Source of the DNA: Micavibrio sp. UBA6145
GTDB taxonomy: Bacteria; Pseudomonadota; Alphaproteobacteria; Micavibrionales; UBA1664
Assembly: GCA_002423205.1 (NCBI GenBank)
Contig: DIUZ01000020.1
Location: forward strand, 39,480-103,479
Direction of reading: 5' to 3'
DNA length: 64,000 nt
A program made the position numbers and the translations under genes. The notes below the pieces were generated by a model, which was not told the DNA's origin, did not search any database, and saw only the letters and a list, made by a program, of their open reading frames with translations. Positions 1-10,075 of the stretch are shown here, piece by piece; positions within the stretch are counted from its first letter, which is position 1; every line of letters starts with the position of its first letter.

Positions 1-1432
1 GGTGATGGCCGTGGTCGTGCATCCAGTGCAGGGCGTATTTCAGGCGGTTCATCACTTCGCCCTGGCCCAGCACTTCGGCAGCCTTGGCAATCGGCGGTGA
101 TGTCATGGTGCCGGCGAGCGCGGCGCGGAATGGCATCATCACCTTGGCCAGTTTGCCTTCATATTTTTCGTTGGCGATGGTTTTCAGGGCTGCTTCGATA
201 TCCGTATCTTTGAAATCAGCGCCAAGACGCGCGAGAGCGTCGTAAATATAATGCATGGCGTGATGTGCATCGTGATCGTGCAATGTGTGCGATGCTTTCT
301 CGTCATACTCGAAGGGTGTGTCCTTCAGATATAGCTGCGCATCGGACGCCAGCTGAACAATGGTGGCGGCACGTTGCTTCAGGTCATGCATGCCTTTGAG
401 CAGGCGGTCCTTATGCGCGGCGTCAGTTGCGCCGACGCGTTCCAGCACCAAATCAGTCAGGCGGGCGTCGTCGGCAATTTTCATGTAATGCGCGTTGATG
501 TGATCCAGTTTTTTGAGATCAAGGCGTGACGGCGCGGCGTTGATGTTGGTCAGTTCAAACCATTCCGACGCCTGTTCCTTCGTAAAAATCTCATCATCGC
601 CGTGCGACCAGCCGAGACGCAGCAGGTAATTGCAGACGGCTTCTGGCAGATATCCCAGTTCCTTAAATTCGCCGGCAGCCTGTGCGCCGTGGCGCTTGGA
701 CAGTTTGGCGCCGTCCGGACCATGGATCAGCGGGACATGCGCAAATTCCGGCACGGACCAGCCCATGGCTTCGAAAATCAGTTTCTGGCGGAAGGCGTTG
801 TTCAGATGGTCGTCGCCGCGCACCACATGCGTAATGCCCATATCATGGTCATCAACCACGACGGCATGCATGTAGGTTGGGGAGCCGTCAGAGCGCAGGA
901 GGATCATGTCATCCAGCTGGCTGTTGGCGACGCGGACTTCGCCCTGGACCAGGTCATTGATGACGCTGTCGCCCTCGATCGGGGCCTTGATACGGATAAC
1001 AGGTTTGACGCCTGCGGGGGCGGTCGCGGGGTCGCGGTCGCGCCAGAAGCGATTGTAGCGGGGCTGTTCACCCTTCGCCAGCGCGTCAGCGCGCATGGTT
1101 TCCAGTTCTTCGGGGGAGCAGTAGCAGAAATACGCCTTGCCGGCCTTGACCAGTTCATGGGCGACTTCCGCATGGCGGGCGTCGCGTTTGGACTGGAACA
1201 CCGGTTCGCCTTCCCAGTCGATGCCAAGCCATTTCAGGTCGCGGATAATCGCGTCGATGGCGTCCGGGGTGGAACGGGCCTTGTCGGTGTCTTCAATGCG
1301 CAGGACAAATTTGCCGCCGGTATGTCTGGCATAGCACCAGTTGAACAGGGCCGTGCGTGCACCGCCAATATGCAGGAAACCGGTGGGGGATGGGGCGAAA
1401 CGGGTAACCGTTGATTTGTCAGGGGCAGTCAT
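1..1432 (-). CDS. gltX: Glutamyl-tRNA synthetase, N-terminal ~477 codons (3' end of the gene runs off the left window edge)
   Basis: Absent from the ORF track because it is open at the edge. Reverse-complement translation from the ATG at 1432 reads MTAPDKSTVTRFAPSPTGFLHIGGARTALFNWCYARHTGGKFVLRIEDTDKARS. This shows the class I HIGH motif and a GltX-type N-terminus. The 602..1414 + ORF is its antisense shadow. Confidence 0.85.
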   Translation of the reverse strand, partial: MTAPDKSTVTRFAPSPTGFLHIGGARTALFNWCYARHTGGKFVLRIEDTDKARSTPDAIDAIIRDLKWLGIDWEGEPVFQSKRDARHAEVAHELVKAGKAYFCYCSPEELETMRADALAKGEQPRYNRFWRDRDPATAPAGVKPVIRIKAPIEGDSVINDLVQGEVRVANSQLDDMILLRSDGSPTYMHAVVVDDHDMGITHVVRGDDHLNNAFRQKLIFEAMGWSVPEFAHVPLIHGPDGAKLSKRHGAQAAGEFKELGYLPEAVCNYLLRLGWSHGDDEIFTKEQASEWFELTNINAAPSRLDLKKLDHINAHYMKIADDARLTDLVLERVGATDAAHKDRLLKGMHDLKQRAATIVQLASDAQLYLKDTPFEYDEKASHTLHDHDAHHAMHYIYDALARLGADFKDTDIEAALKTIANEKYEGKLAKVMMPFRAALAGTMTSPPIAKAAEVLGQGEVMNRLKYALHWMHDHGHH

Positions 1433-1471
1433 GTCTTGCCTTGGCTTAAGTATCAGGTATCAGTGTTATAA

Positions 1472-3604
1472 ATGCTTAAAGTTTTGAACACAATCAGGGA
1501 AGAATGGCGCGAGCACTGGCGTCCCACGCGGGACCGGGTGCTCTGGGCACCCGTTTTCGTGGCCCTTGGTATCGGGCTGTATTTTACCCTGATGTTTGAG
1601 CCGTCTTTGGTGGCTGGTGCCATCTGTTTCGGGGTGTGTACCGTTGCTGCGCTGGTTGCCACGCAAAAGGCACCGGCATGGGGTTATGTTGCCCTTGCGG
1701 CCATGCTGATGGCGCTGGGTTTTGGGGCGGCGCAGTTGCGCACCTATATGGCTGATGCGCCGCAGCTGAGCCGGGAAATCAATTTCACCCGCGTCGAAGG
1801 CCGGGTGCAGGATATCACCACCGCCGATATCAACCCCAACACGGGCCGCCAGCGCGCCAAGAAGGTGACGCTGGATTCCCTGATCGTTGAAAAGCTGGCA
1901 CCGGAGGCGACGCCACGATCCATTCGCCTTTCTACTTATCATGTGCCGGACGGCGTGGTGCCGGGGGATCGCATCGCTTTGCTGGCGCATCTGATGCCAC
2001 CGTCGGGGCCGGTGGCACCGAACGGGTTTCCATACCGGCGGCAGGCGTTTTTTGAAGGTCTGGGCGCGACCGGATTCACGATGGGTAAGTTTGAGCTAAT
2101 CGCCAAGGGCGATGCGCCGGGCAATATGTGGTTCAACGCATTGCGCCAGAAAATCGCCACGCGCATTTCTGCGCATCTGCCACACCCGGAAAGTGCCGTG
2201 GTAACCGCGTTGTTGGCGGGGGAACGCGCAAGTATCCCGGAGAGCATCAATAACGATCTGCGGGATTCCGGGCTTTATCATCTGTTGTCGATTTCGGGCC
2301 TGCACGTGGCCATTGTGTGCGGGTTTACGTTTTTTGTTCTGCGTTTCCTGATGGCGCTTGTGCCGTTGATGGCGCTGCATCTGCCGATCAAGAAAATTGC
2401 GGCGGCGGCCGCTTTGGCGGTCGGATTTTTCTATTCCATGCTTGCGGGTATGCCGGTGCCGACGGAGCGGGCGTTGTTCATGACCGGTCTTGCGTTGCTG
2501 GCAGTGATGCTGGACCGTACGGCGTTGTCACTGCGCACCATCGCGCTGGCCGCGTTTTTCATTTTGCTGATCCAGCCCGAGAGCCTGGTCGGGGCTTCGT
2601 TTCAGTTATCGTTTGCGGCGATGCTGGCGATGATTGCATTTTATGACAGTGCGGGCCGCAAATGGACGGTCAGCAGCCGTGAAGACAGTTTTATACGCAA
2701 ACTGTTTCTGTATTTTGCGGGCATATTCATCACGACAATACTGGTCAGCTTCGCAACTTTGCCGCCGATCCTGCATCACTTCGGGCGGTTCCAGATATTT
2801 GGGGTGATCGCCAATGCGATTGCCATTCCGTTGACCAGCTTTGTCGTGATGCCTGCGGGCATGGCGGCGATGGTGCTAATGCCGCTCGGGCTGGAAGGTG
2901 TATTTCTGAAGATTTGCGGCTGGGGCGTTGAGGCTACGTTGCAGGTCGCAGCATGGGTCGCGCATCTGCCGCATGCGACATCGGCATGGCCCAATGTGCC
3001 GACCGGATGGTACATGGCATCGTGGCTGGGATTTTTGATTGTGTGCCTGTGGCGGGGGCGTTTGCGGTGGATCGGTGTGCCTGTGATGATTGCATCTGTT
3101 GCACTTGGTATTGCCACGGGTGCAAGGCCTGTTGCGATGATTGTCGATGATGGCAAGGCGCTTGGTGTTAAGGGCGGCGACCAGATCGCCTATTTCGGCA
3201 AGGCACCCAGCAAGTTTGAAAAAGATAACTGGATGTCCGTGTGGGGCGGCGTGGAGGTGAATAACGGCAAGGCCGTGAAAGACCCATTATGGCAGTCAGG
3301 CAATGTCAGCGTCGCTTGCGATGACTGGGCATGCCGCATTGCACCGGCAAACGGCATGGGCCTGAGCGTCGTGCGCAGCGCGACGGTCATGAACGAGGAA
3401 TGCAACTGGGCCGGTATGGTCGTCGTGCTGGACAAGGCCGTGAAAGACGCACGGCAGGAAAATTGCGCGGCGCAGATGGTCAGTGCGTGGGATATAGAGA
3501 ATGCCGGCGGTATGGCGTTTTATCACATGCCGGATGATACATGGCGCGCGCAGGGGTTTACGCCGCGCGAGGAACGCAGGCCGTGGACGCTGCGTAAGCA
3601 GTAA
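1472..3604 (+). CDS. comEC: ComEC/Rec2 family competence-type polytopic membrane protein
   Basis: 710-aa ORF with an ATG start. It has many hydrophobic segments and the SISGLHVAIV motif typical of the ComEC competence domain. Confidence 0.8.
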   Translation: MLKVLNTIREEWREHWRPTRDRVLWAPVFVALGIGLYFTLMFEPSLVAGAICFGVCTVAALVATQKAPAWGYVALAAMLMALGFGAAQLRTYMADAPQLSREINFTRVEGRVQDITTADINPNTGRQRAKKVTLDSLIVEKLAPEATPRSIRLSTYHVPDGVVPGDRIALLAHLMPPSGPVAPNGFPYRRQAFFEGLGATGFTMGKFELIAKGDAPGNMWFNALRQKIATRISAHLPHPESAVVTALLAGERASIPESINNDLRDSGLYHLLSISGLHVAIVCGFTFFVLRFLMALVPLMALHLPIKKIAAAAALAVGFFYSMLAGMPVPTERALFMTGLALLAVMLDRTALSLRTIALAAFFILLIQPESLVGASFQLSFAAMLAMIAFYDSAGRKWTVSSREDSFIRKLFLYFAGIFITTILVSFATLPPILHHFGRFQIFGVIANAIAIPLTSFVVMPAGMAAMVLMPLGLEGVFLKICGWGVEATLQVAAWVAHLPHATSAWPNVPTGWYMASWLGFLIVCLWRGRLRWIGVPVMIASVALGIATGARPVAMIVDDGKALGVKGGDQIAYFGKAPSKFEKDNWMSVWGGVEVNNGKAVKDPLWQSGNVSVACDDWACRIAPANGMGLSVVRSATVMNEECNWAGMVVVLDKAVKDARQENCAAQMVSAWDIENAGGMAFYHMPDDTWRAQGFTPREERRPWTLRKQ

Positions 3605-3607
3605 TGC

Positions 3608-4303
3608 TTAATGATACTGGCGATAAATGCCGGATAAAATGCCCTGCACCTGTACGCGGCCGCCTTCGAAGGTGCGGATTTCGTAGTCCGGGTTTTCAGG
3701 GATCAGGTCGATGTGACCGCCGCGGCGGCGCAGGCGTTTGAGCGTCACTTCCTGGTCGTCAACCAGTGCCACAACGATATCGCCATCATGCGCGGTGTTA
3801 ACCTTTTTAATCACGGCGACGTCCTGGTCCAGGATGCCGGCACCGGTCATGGAATCGCCATCGACAATCAGGGCGTAGAAATCACCCTTGCCGAGCATGC
3901 TTGAGGGCATGTCGATATTCTGGCCGTCGTGGCGGATCGCCTCGATCGGTGTGCCGGCGGCGATTTTGCCGAGCAGGGGGATGGATGAAATAAGCTGTCG
4001 GTCCTGCTGCGCACGATAGGACGACAGGTCGGTGACAATGCGTGCCTTTTGCGCGACTTCGGAATGGTCGGCGGCCTTGGGCGTGTAGCCTTCGGGCAGG
4101 CGGCGGACATGAAGGGCGCGGGCGCGGTTGGGAAGGCGTTCGAGAAAACCGCGTTCGACCAGTGCCTCAATCAGGCGGTGAATACCGGATTTGGATTTTA
4201 GGTCCAGGGCGTCCTTCATTTCATCGAAAGACGGGGCCAGATCGCCGTCGGACATCTTTTCGTGAATGAAAACCAGCAAATCGCGCTGTTTCTTGGTGAG
4301 CAT
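3608..4303 (-). CDS. lexA: LexA repressor (S24 peptidase)
   Basis: 231 aa. N-terminal winged-helix region (MLTKKQRDLLVFIHEK...). Ala-Gly cleavage region (GKIAAGTP). Ser (VDGDSM) and Lys (TLKRL) catalytic dyad. An SOS box lies in its own upstream region. Confidence 0.95.
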   Translation of the reverse strand: MLTKKQRDLLVFIHEKMSDGDLAPSFDEMKDALDLKSKSGIHRLIEALVERGFLERLPNRARALHVRRLPEGYTPKAADHSEVAQKARIVTDLSSYRAQQDRQLISSIPLLGKIAAGTPIEAIRHDGQNIDMPSSMLGKGDFYALIVDGDSMTGAGILDQDVAVIKKVNTAHDGDIVVALVDDQEVTLKRLRRRGGHIDLIPENPDYEIRTFEGGRVQVQGILSGIYRQYH

Positions 4304-4342
4304 AGGTAATCCCCTTAGTAAATCCTGATATATTCTCTATAT

Positions 4343-4357
4343 GTTCTAGCTCTGTTC
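4343..4357 (-). promoter_or_regulatory. Alphaproteobacterial LexA operator (SOS box) GAAC-N7-GAAC upstream of lexA
   Basis: The + strand reads GTTCTAGCTCTGTTC, which is GAACAGAGCTAGAAC on the lexA strand. It lies ~40-54 nt upstream of the lexA ATG and 3 nt after the trpC stop. Confidence 0.7.
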
Positions 4358-4359
4358 CT

Positions 4360-5115
4360 TTAGAAAGTCAACAGGGCCGCGCCGGGGTCGGGTTTGGTCA
4401 TGAAGGCTTCACCGATCAGAAAGCCGTGAAATCCCGCTTTTTTGAGCATTTTGAGGTCTTCGGACGAATGGATGCCGGACTCCGAAATGATGGTCCGCCC
4501 GGCGGGGACATGACGAATCAGGTCCAGCGAGGTCTGGAGCGTGATGTTCAGGGTTTTAAGATCACGGTTGTTGATACCCAGAATGGCATCATCGGCGCGC
4601 AGGTTCAGGGCGCGCATCAGTTCGTCCTTGTTGTGGACCTCGATCAGCACGTCCATGTCGAAGCTGCGGGCGGCGTCGTAAAGTTCCTGTGCCGTCTGGT
4701 CGCCGACAGCAGCCATGATTATCAGGATGCAATCGGCGCCCAGCATGCGGGCTTCACTGACCTGCCATGTATCAATCATGAAATCCTTACGCAGCACGGG
4801 CAGCAGGCATGCGCCGCGTGCGGACACAAGGTCGCCGTCCTGACCTTTGAAATAGGGTTCATCCGTGAGCACCGACAGGCATGCCGCGCCAGCAGATTGA
4901 TATTGCTGTGCGTGCAGGGCGGGGTCGAAATTTTCGCGCAGAATGCCCTTGGACGGCGAAGCCTTTTTAATTTCGGCGATGATGGATGTGCCGCCGGATG
5001 TCAGTGATTTTTTGAATCCGCGCACGGGCGACAGGTTGGTAAGATCGAGTTTGCGCTTGACGGAATCAACATGCTTGCGTTTGTCGGCGCAGATTTTCGC
5101 GAGTACATCGCTCAT
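4360..5115 (-). CDS. trpC: Indole-3-glycerol-phosphate synthase
   Basis: The ORF track gives 4360..5262. I place the start at the ATG at 5115 (MSDVLAKICADKRKHV...), which overlaps the trpD stop as ATGA. The upstream 49 codons are Arg-rich and overlap trpD. Confidence 0.9.
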   Translation of the reverse strand: MSDVLAKICADKRKHVDSVKRKLDLTNLSPVRGFKKSLTSGGTSIIAEIKKASPSKGILRENFDPALHAQQYQSAGAACLSVLTDEPYFKGQDGDLVSARGACLLPVLRKDFMIDTWQVSEARMLGADCILIIMAAVGDQTAQELYDAARSFDMDVLIEVHNKDELMRALNLRADDAILGINNRDLKTLNITLQTSLDLIRHVPAGRTIISESGIHSSEDLKMLKKAGFHGFLIGEAFMTKPDPGAALLTF

Positions 5116-6062
5116 GATACGTAATCCCGGTAACGATTGAGAATGTCTTTGGCCTTGCCGGATGTCAGCGCATCGCGTGCCATGGCGACGCCGGACTTTA
5201 AATCCTGTGCGGCGCTGGCCATGACCAGTGCGGCGGAGGCATTGGCGCACACGGTATCGCAATAAGCGCCGTCGCCGCCATCCAGAAGATGGGTCAGGGC
5301 GTTGGCGTTATATTGCGCATCGCCGCCTTTGATGTCTTCGTATGTGCACGCGTTCAGACCGAAATCATCCGGTGTGATTGTGAATTCTTCGATCGTGCCG
5401 TGCGAGAGTGCGGCGACCCTTGTGGGCGCTGCCAGTGTGACTTCATCGACGCCGTCGCTGTTCACGATCCATGCGTTGTCGGATCCAAGTTTTTGCAATG
5501 CCTGCGCCATCGGGACCAGATACGCTACATCAAATACACCGATCAGTTGTTTGCGCACGCCCGCCGGGTTGGCAAGAGGGCCGAGCAGATTGAAAATCGT
5601 GCGGCGGCCAATGGTTTTGCGCACCGGCGCAACATGCGCCATGGCGCGGTGGTGCATGGGGGCCATCAGGAAGCAGAAGCCCAGTTCATCCAGCGCATCT
5701 TCCAGTTTTTCAAAACCAACCTGAAGCGGAATGCCCAGGGCTTCCAGCACATCGGCTGCGCCGGACGGGGATGAGTGCGAACGGTTGCCGTGCTTGGCGA
5801 CGGGCACGCCGCAGGCGGCGACGACAAGGGCGACCGCGGTAGAGATGTTGAGCGTATGACGTCCGCCGCCACCGGTGCCGCAGCAGTCAATCGCATCAGC
5901 CGGGGCAACTAGACCGGTGACGTGGCGACGCATGGCGCGGGCAGCGCCAACCAGATCGTCAACGGTTTCACCGCGGTCGGCGAGTTCGTTCAGATACTGG
6001 GTCATTGCTGCTTCGGACATTTCGCCGCCGAGCATGGCGTTAATGGCGGTTTCTGTGTTCAC
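5112..6062 (-). CDS. trpD: Anthranilate phosphoribosyltransferase
   Basis: 316 aa with the CGTGGGG and KHGNRS motifs. Start and stop overlap trpG and trpC. Confidence 0.9.
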   Translation of the reverse strand: MNTETAINAMLGGEMSEAAMTQYLNELADRGETVDDLVGAARAMRRHVTGLVAPADAIDCCGTGGGGRHTLNISTAVALVVAACGVPVAKHGNRSHSSPSGAADVLEALGIPLQVGFEKLEDALDELGFCFLMAPMHHRAMAHVAPVRKTIGRRTIFNLLGPLANPAGVRKQLIGVFDVAYLVPMAQALQKLGSDNAWIVNSDGVDEVTLAAPTRVAALSHGTIEEFTITPDDFGLNACTYEDIKGGDAQYNANALTHLLDGGDGAYCDTVCANASAALVMASAAQDLKSGVAMARDALTSGKAKDILNRYRDYVS

Positions 6063-6628
6063 AGCATATCCAGGAAGTTTTTGAGCATGCTGTGGCCGTG
6101 TTTGGTCATGATGCTTTCGGGGTGGAATTGTACGCCGTGGATCGGCAGCGTCGCATGATGCAGGCCCATGATAACGCCGTCATCGCTTTGCGCGGTGACA
6201 TGCAGATCCTTGGGCAGGGTTTCGCGTTCAACTGCCAGTGAGTGGTAACGCGTCACCTCGATGGGTGATGGCAGGCCGGCAAACACGGATGCGCCGCCAT
6301 GTGTAATCATCGATGTCTTGCCGTGCACGGGGTGCGGCGCGCGGATAACCTTGCCACCGAAGGCCTGACCAATGGCCTGATGGCCAAGACAGACGCCCAG
6401 CAGCGGCATTTTAGCGGCAGCGCATGCCTTGATAGTGTCGAGGCAGATACCGGCGTGGTCCGGATCAGAGGGCCCTGGCGATATCACAACACCCTGCGGC
6501 TTTTTGGCCAGAACGGCATCGACCGTGATCTGGTCATTGCGGTGGACTTCGACGTCCGCACCCAGATCGCCCAGATACTGGACAAGGTTGAAGGTGAAGC
6601 TGTCGTAATTGTCGATGAGGATGATCAT
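6059..6628 (-). CDS. trpG: Anthranilate synthase component II (glutamine amidotransferase)
   Basis: 189 aa reading MIILIDNYDSFTFNLVQYL...GVCLGHQ...HPES, a class I GATase triad. It is overlap-coupled within trpE-G-D-C. Confidence 0.9.
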   Translation of the reverse strand: MIILIDNYDSFTFNLVQYLGDLGADVEVHRNDQITVDAVLAKKPQGVVISPGPSDPDHAGICLDTIKACAAAKMPLLGVCLGHQAIGQAFGGKVIRAPHPVHGKTSMITHGGASVFAGLPSPIEVTRYHSLAVERETLPKDLHVTAQSDDGVIMGLHHATLPIHGVQFHPESIMTKHGHSMLKNFLDML

Positions 6629-8121
6629 GACTGCACCTTTGAAAGATCAATCGCGTCCTGCGCGGCGCGCAGTAAGGCGCGGGCTTTGTTGACGCATTCC
6701 TGGTGTTCGGACTCCGGTACGCTGTCGGCCACGATGCCTGCGCCTGCCTGAACATAGAGTGTGTTGTCTTTCAGCAGTGCGGTGCGCAGGGCGATGCATG
6801 TATCGACATCGCCGTTACCATCCAGATAGCCCATGCAACCCGCATAGAAAGAGCGGCGTTCGGATTCAAGGCGGTCGATGATCTGCATCGCACGGACCTT
6901 GGGCGCACCCGACACCGTACCGGCGGGGAAGCCCGCGAACAGGGCATCCAGCGGGTGAATACCGTCTTTCAGACGGCCTTCGACGTTGGAGACGATGTGC
7001 ATGACATGCGAATATTTTTCGACGTTGAACTGTTCCGTCACCTTGACGGTGCCGGTTTCAGCGACGCGGCCGACATCATTGCGGCCAAGGTCGAGCAGCA
7101 TCAGGTGTTCGGCGCGTTCCTTGGGGTCGGCCAGAAGTTCGTTTGCCAGTGCCATGTCTTCCGCCTTGTCGATCCCGCGTTTGCGTGTGCCGGCGATGGG
7201 GCGGATGGTAACGTCGCCCTTGCGGACGCGGACCATGATTTCGGGTGATGATGCTATGAGCGAGAAACCGTCCAGCGTCATCAGTACCAGAAACGGTGAC
7301 GGGTTCAGGCGGCGCAGTGAGCGGTAAAGTTCAACAGCCGGAAGATCGAACGGCGCAGAAAAGCGTTGCGAGAGGACGACCTGGAAAATCTCACCTGCGA
7401 CGATGTCTTCCTTGGCGCTTAGCACCATGCTTTTGTAATCGGATTCGGTTGTGTGTGCCTTGATGGGCAGTGGCGTTGCAACAGTCGAGCCCTTTTCAGG
7501 TAACGGCATGTCGCCGCGCAGTAGCGTGTTTTTTGCGTCGTTCAGGCGTTGAACGGCGGCGTCATATGCCGCATCGGCATCACCCGTTACATCGCGTACC
7601 GGCACGGCCAGATGGACGATCTGGCGGATATTGTCGAACACGGCCATCAGGCTGGGTCGCATCATGACCGAGTCCGGGATGTTGATATTATCTGGTTTGG
7701 TGTCGGGTACGGTGGGTTCGACATGATGGATCATGCCATAGCCCATATATCCGAACATGCCGGATGCAAGCATTGGCGGCGCATCTTCGGGCACCACGTC
7801 GATGCGGCTTTGCGCGACCAGTTTTTTCAGTTCGTCGATGGGTTTGTCACCGGACGAAGTCCAGACAATGTCGGGGTCCATGCCGATGGCGGAATAACGC
7901 CCCAGCACTTCGCCGCCGGTCACGGATTCCAGCAGGAGTGAATATTTGGCGGCCTTTGTCAGGCGCAGATAGGCGGAAACAGGCGTAAGGGTATCAGCAA
8001 TCAGCGCAAGCGTGATCAGCTGTGTCTTGCCGGCATCCCGGTTTTTGCGGAATGCATCACGTGACGGCCAGATGGTTCCCAGTGGCTGCTCATGGTTGGA
8101 CATTCTGGCTTTCCGGACCAT
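6625..8121 (-). CDS. trpE: Anthranilate synthase component I
   Basis: 498 aa with a chorismate-binding C-terminal region (GTRKRG, GAPKVRAM, GAGIVADS). An alternative ATG at 8103 (MSNHEQ) is possible. The 5' end overlaps the ppiD 3' end. Confidence 0.9.
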   Translation of the reverse strand: MVRKARMSNHEQPLGTIWPSRDAFRKNRDAGKTQLITLALIADTLTPVSAYLRLTKAAKYSLLLESVTGGEVLGRYSAIGMDPDIVWTSSGDKPIDELKKLVAQSRIDVVPEDAPPMLASGMFGYMGYGMIHHVEPTVPDTKPDNINIPDSVMMRPSLMAVFDNIRQIVHLAVPVRDVTGDADAAYDAAVQRLNDAKNTLLRGDMPLPEKGSTVATPLPIKAHTTESDYKSMVLSAKEDIVAGEIFQVVLSQRFSAPFDLPAVELYRSLRRLNPSPFLVLMTLDGFSLIASSPEIMVRVRKGDVTIRPIAGTRKRGIDKAEDMALANELLADPKERAEHLMLLDLGRNDVGRVAETGTVKVTEQFNVEKYSHVMHIVSNVEGRLKDGIHPLDALFAGFPAGTVSGAPKVRAMQIIDRLESERRSFYAGCMGYLDGNGDVDTCIALRTALLKDNTLYVQAGAGIVADSVPESEHQECVNKARALLRAAQDAIDLSKVQS

Positions 8122-10006
8122 ACATTTTTTCGAGCCTGTCGCGCTTGATCAGGACATCGTGACGTTCGCGCAGATCGGCGTAGTACAGCGCGGCGACCGC
8201 CTGCTGCATCTGCTGTTCGATCTGGGCGCGTTCGCTGGCGTCGAGTTTAGCCGTGCCGGATTCAGGAATGCGTGCATCCAGCACCTGCGCCAGGATGACG
8301 CCGCCTTCGGTCGGGACTTTCACGACGGCGTTCAAATCGGTTTCATCGAACAGCCGCGTCAATGCGATGGGATCGTTGAGGCCGGCCACTTTCGACTGGC
8401 GGCTGACATCGCGTGCGGTTTTCAGGACCGCGCCGGATTCCTTGGCTGCCTGCGCAAAGTCTTTTTCACCCTTGGACAATTGCGTCGTCAATGCGTCGAC
8501 GGCGGTGTTCATGGCGGTGCGGCTTTGTTCCTCGTAATATTTTTTGGCTATGTCGTCGCGTATTTCGGCGAAATCACGGTCGCGTGTCGGGCGAACGCTG
8601 TCGATCGAGAAGGCGGCGTATGTGGTGTCATTAATCTGACCCAGATCGCCGGTTTCACCTTCCATCAGTTCAAACAGGGACGAAAGCACGTCCTTGTTTT
8701 GTGACAGGGCGGTCAGAAGCGGATCAGCATCGGCAGCCTGGAAATTGCCCTGCGCATCAATGGGACCGATGGTGCGGATCTGTACACCCATATCGGCGGC
8801 AATCTGGTCCAGCGTCTGGCCTGAACCGAGGGCTTCATCAACCTTGGTGATGCGGGCCTGCATTTCGCTATGCATGGCGTCGGATTCAAGTTCCTTGCGC
8901 AGGTCTGACTGCACGTCGGCCAGCGATTGCAGGCGCGCGGGCATGACGGAGGCAACGCGAATAACGTGCCACCCCAGCGGCGTTTTGATGGGGTTTAGAA
9001 CCGTGCCGGATTTTGCGCTGAAGATCGGGCCCGACAGTTCAGGCGGCAGGCCGTTCTGCTCAACATCGGTGGCGGCGCGGTAGGCCTGCGGTGCTATGGA
9101 TTTCAGCGACGTGCCCTTGCGCGCAGATTCTGATGCCGCTTTTGCTTTTGCTTCGTCGGTCAGGACGATCTGTTCGATCTTGCGGCGTTCGCCGATGCGG
9201 AATTGTTCTTTGCGTTCTTCATACGCGGTTTTTACATCAGCGGCGCTGATGGTGGCGGATGATTTAACGTCATCGGTCGAGAAGACGATGGCTTTGAATG
9301 TGCGCTCTTCGGGGATCTGGTACTGGTCTTTCAGTGTTTCGTAATAGGCTTTCAGTGTGTCTTCGTCCGCTTCGGCGTTCGCCTTTGCGACGGCCAGTTC
9401 CGGCGTCAGGGTGAAAAACATGATGTCGCGGCGTTCGCCGTTGTAACGGCCCATGGCGTCCTGCGCCAGTTGCGGCGTGTAGTTCACAGCGCCTTTGAGC
9501 GAGGCGTTGATAATGCCGGAGGTGATGTCCTGGCGCATAGATTGCATCAATTGCGCTTCGTTCATGTTCTGGGTGCGGAGCAGGCGATTGAGCGTGTCCT
9601 GTGGTTTTTCACCCGGCTGGATCTGCAATTTGATCATGTCGTGGACGCGGGTGGCGAGGTCGGCGCGGCTCAGCATAAGGCCTTCGCTGACGGCTTCCTG
9701 GCGCAGGGCTTCGCGCGTCACCATTTCATCCAGCAGGTTGCGCAGCAGGCCGAATTTGTAAGCTTCCTGCATGTTCATGTTCTGGGCCTGCAGGGACGGT
9801 GTCGCCTGGCGTTCGAATGTTTGCTGGTCGATTTTTACCTTGCCGATTTTTGCCAGTGTGGTGTCGGTGAAGCCATTCCGGAAAACGCCGTTGACGTCCA
9901 TGAAGACCATCCCGAGGGATGCCAGCATGACGAAACTGAGTGCGATGTACTTGATAGCCTTGGCACCGTGGCCTTCGCGAAAGGTATTGAGCATTGTTTT
10001 CAGCAC
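8090..10006 (-). CDS. ppiD: Periplasmic chaperone / peptidyl-prolyl isomerase, PpiD-like
   Basis: 638 aa with an N-terminal membrane anchor (AIKYIALSFVMLASLGMVF). SurA_N-like region, a parvulin-like segment (PIKTPLGWHVIRV) and a long C-terminal chaperone region. Its position upstream of trpE is typical for alphaproteobacteria. Confidence 0.7.
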   Translation of the reverse strand: MLKTMLNTFREGHGAKAIKYIALSFVMLASLGMVFMDVNGVFRNGFTDTTLAKIGKVKIDQQTFERQATPSLQAQNMNMQEAYKFGLLRNLLDEMVTREALRQEAVSEGLMLSRADLATRVHDMIKLQIQPGEKPQDTLNRLLRTQNMNEAQLMQSMRQDITSGIINASLKGAVNYTPQLAQDAMGRYNGERRDIMFFTLTPELAVAKANAEADEDTLKAYYETLKDQYQIPEERTFKAIVFSTDDVKSSATISAADVKTAYEERKEQFRIGERRKIEQIVLTDEAKAKAASESARKGTSLKSIAPQAYRAATDVEQNGLPPELSGPIFSAKSGTVLNPIKTPLGWHVIRVASVMPARLQSLADVQSDLRKELESDAMHSEMQARITKVDEALGSGQTLDQIAADMGVQIRTIGPIDAQGNFQAADADPLLTALSQNKDVLSSLFELMEGETGDLGQINDTTYAAFSIDSVRPTRDRDFAEIRDDIAKKYYEEQSRTAMNTAVDALTTQLSKGEKDFAQAAKESGAVLKTARDVSRQSKVAGLNDPIALTRLFDETDLNAVVKVPTEGGVILAQVLDARIPESGTAKLDASERAQIEQQMQQAVAALYYADLRERHDVLIKRDRLEKMYGPESQNVQP

Positions 10007-10075
10007 GCCTTCATGTTTGTCGGATTATGGGTCCGACGGCTTGTAAAAATGATTCCGGCACTATAAATACCCGAC

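Noticed and set aside
602-1414. 270-aa + strand ORF at the left edge
   Set aside because: It is antisense to a clearly recognisable gltX reading frame (HIGH motif, ATG at 1432). Its composition (Ala/Gly/Arg/Val-rich) is typical of shadow ORFs in a moderately GC-rich genome.
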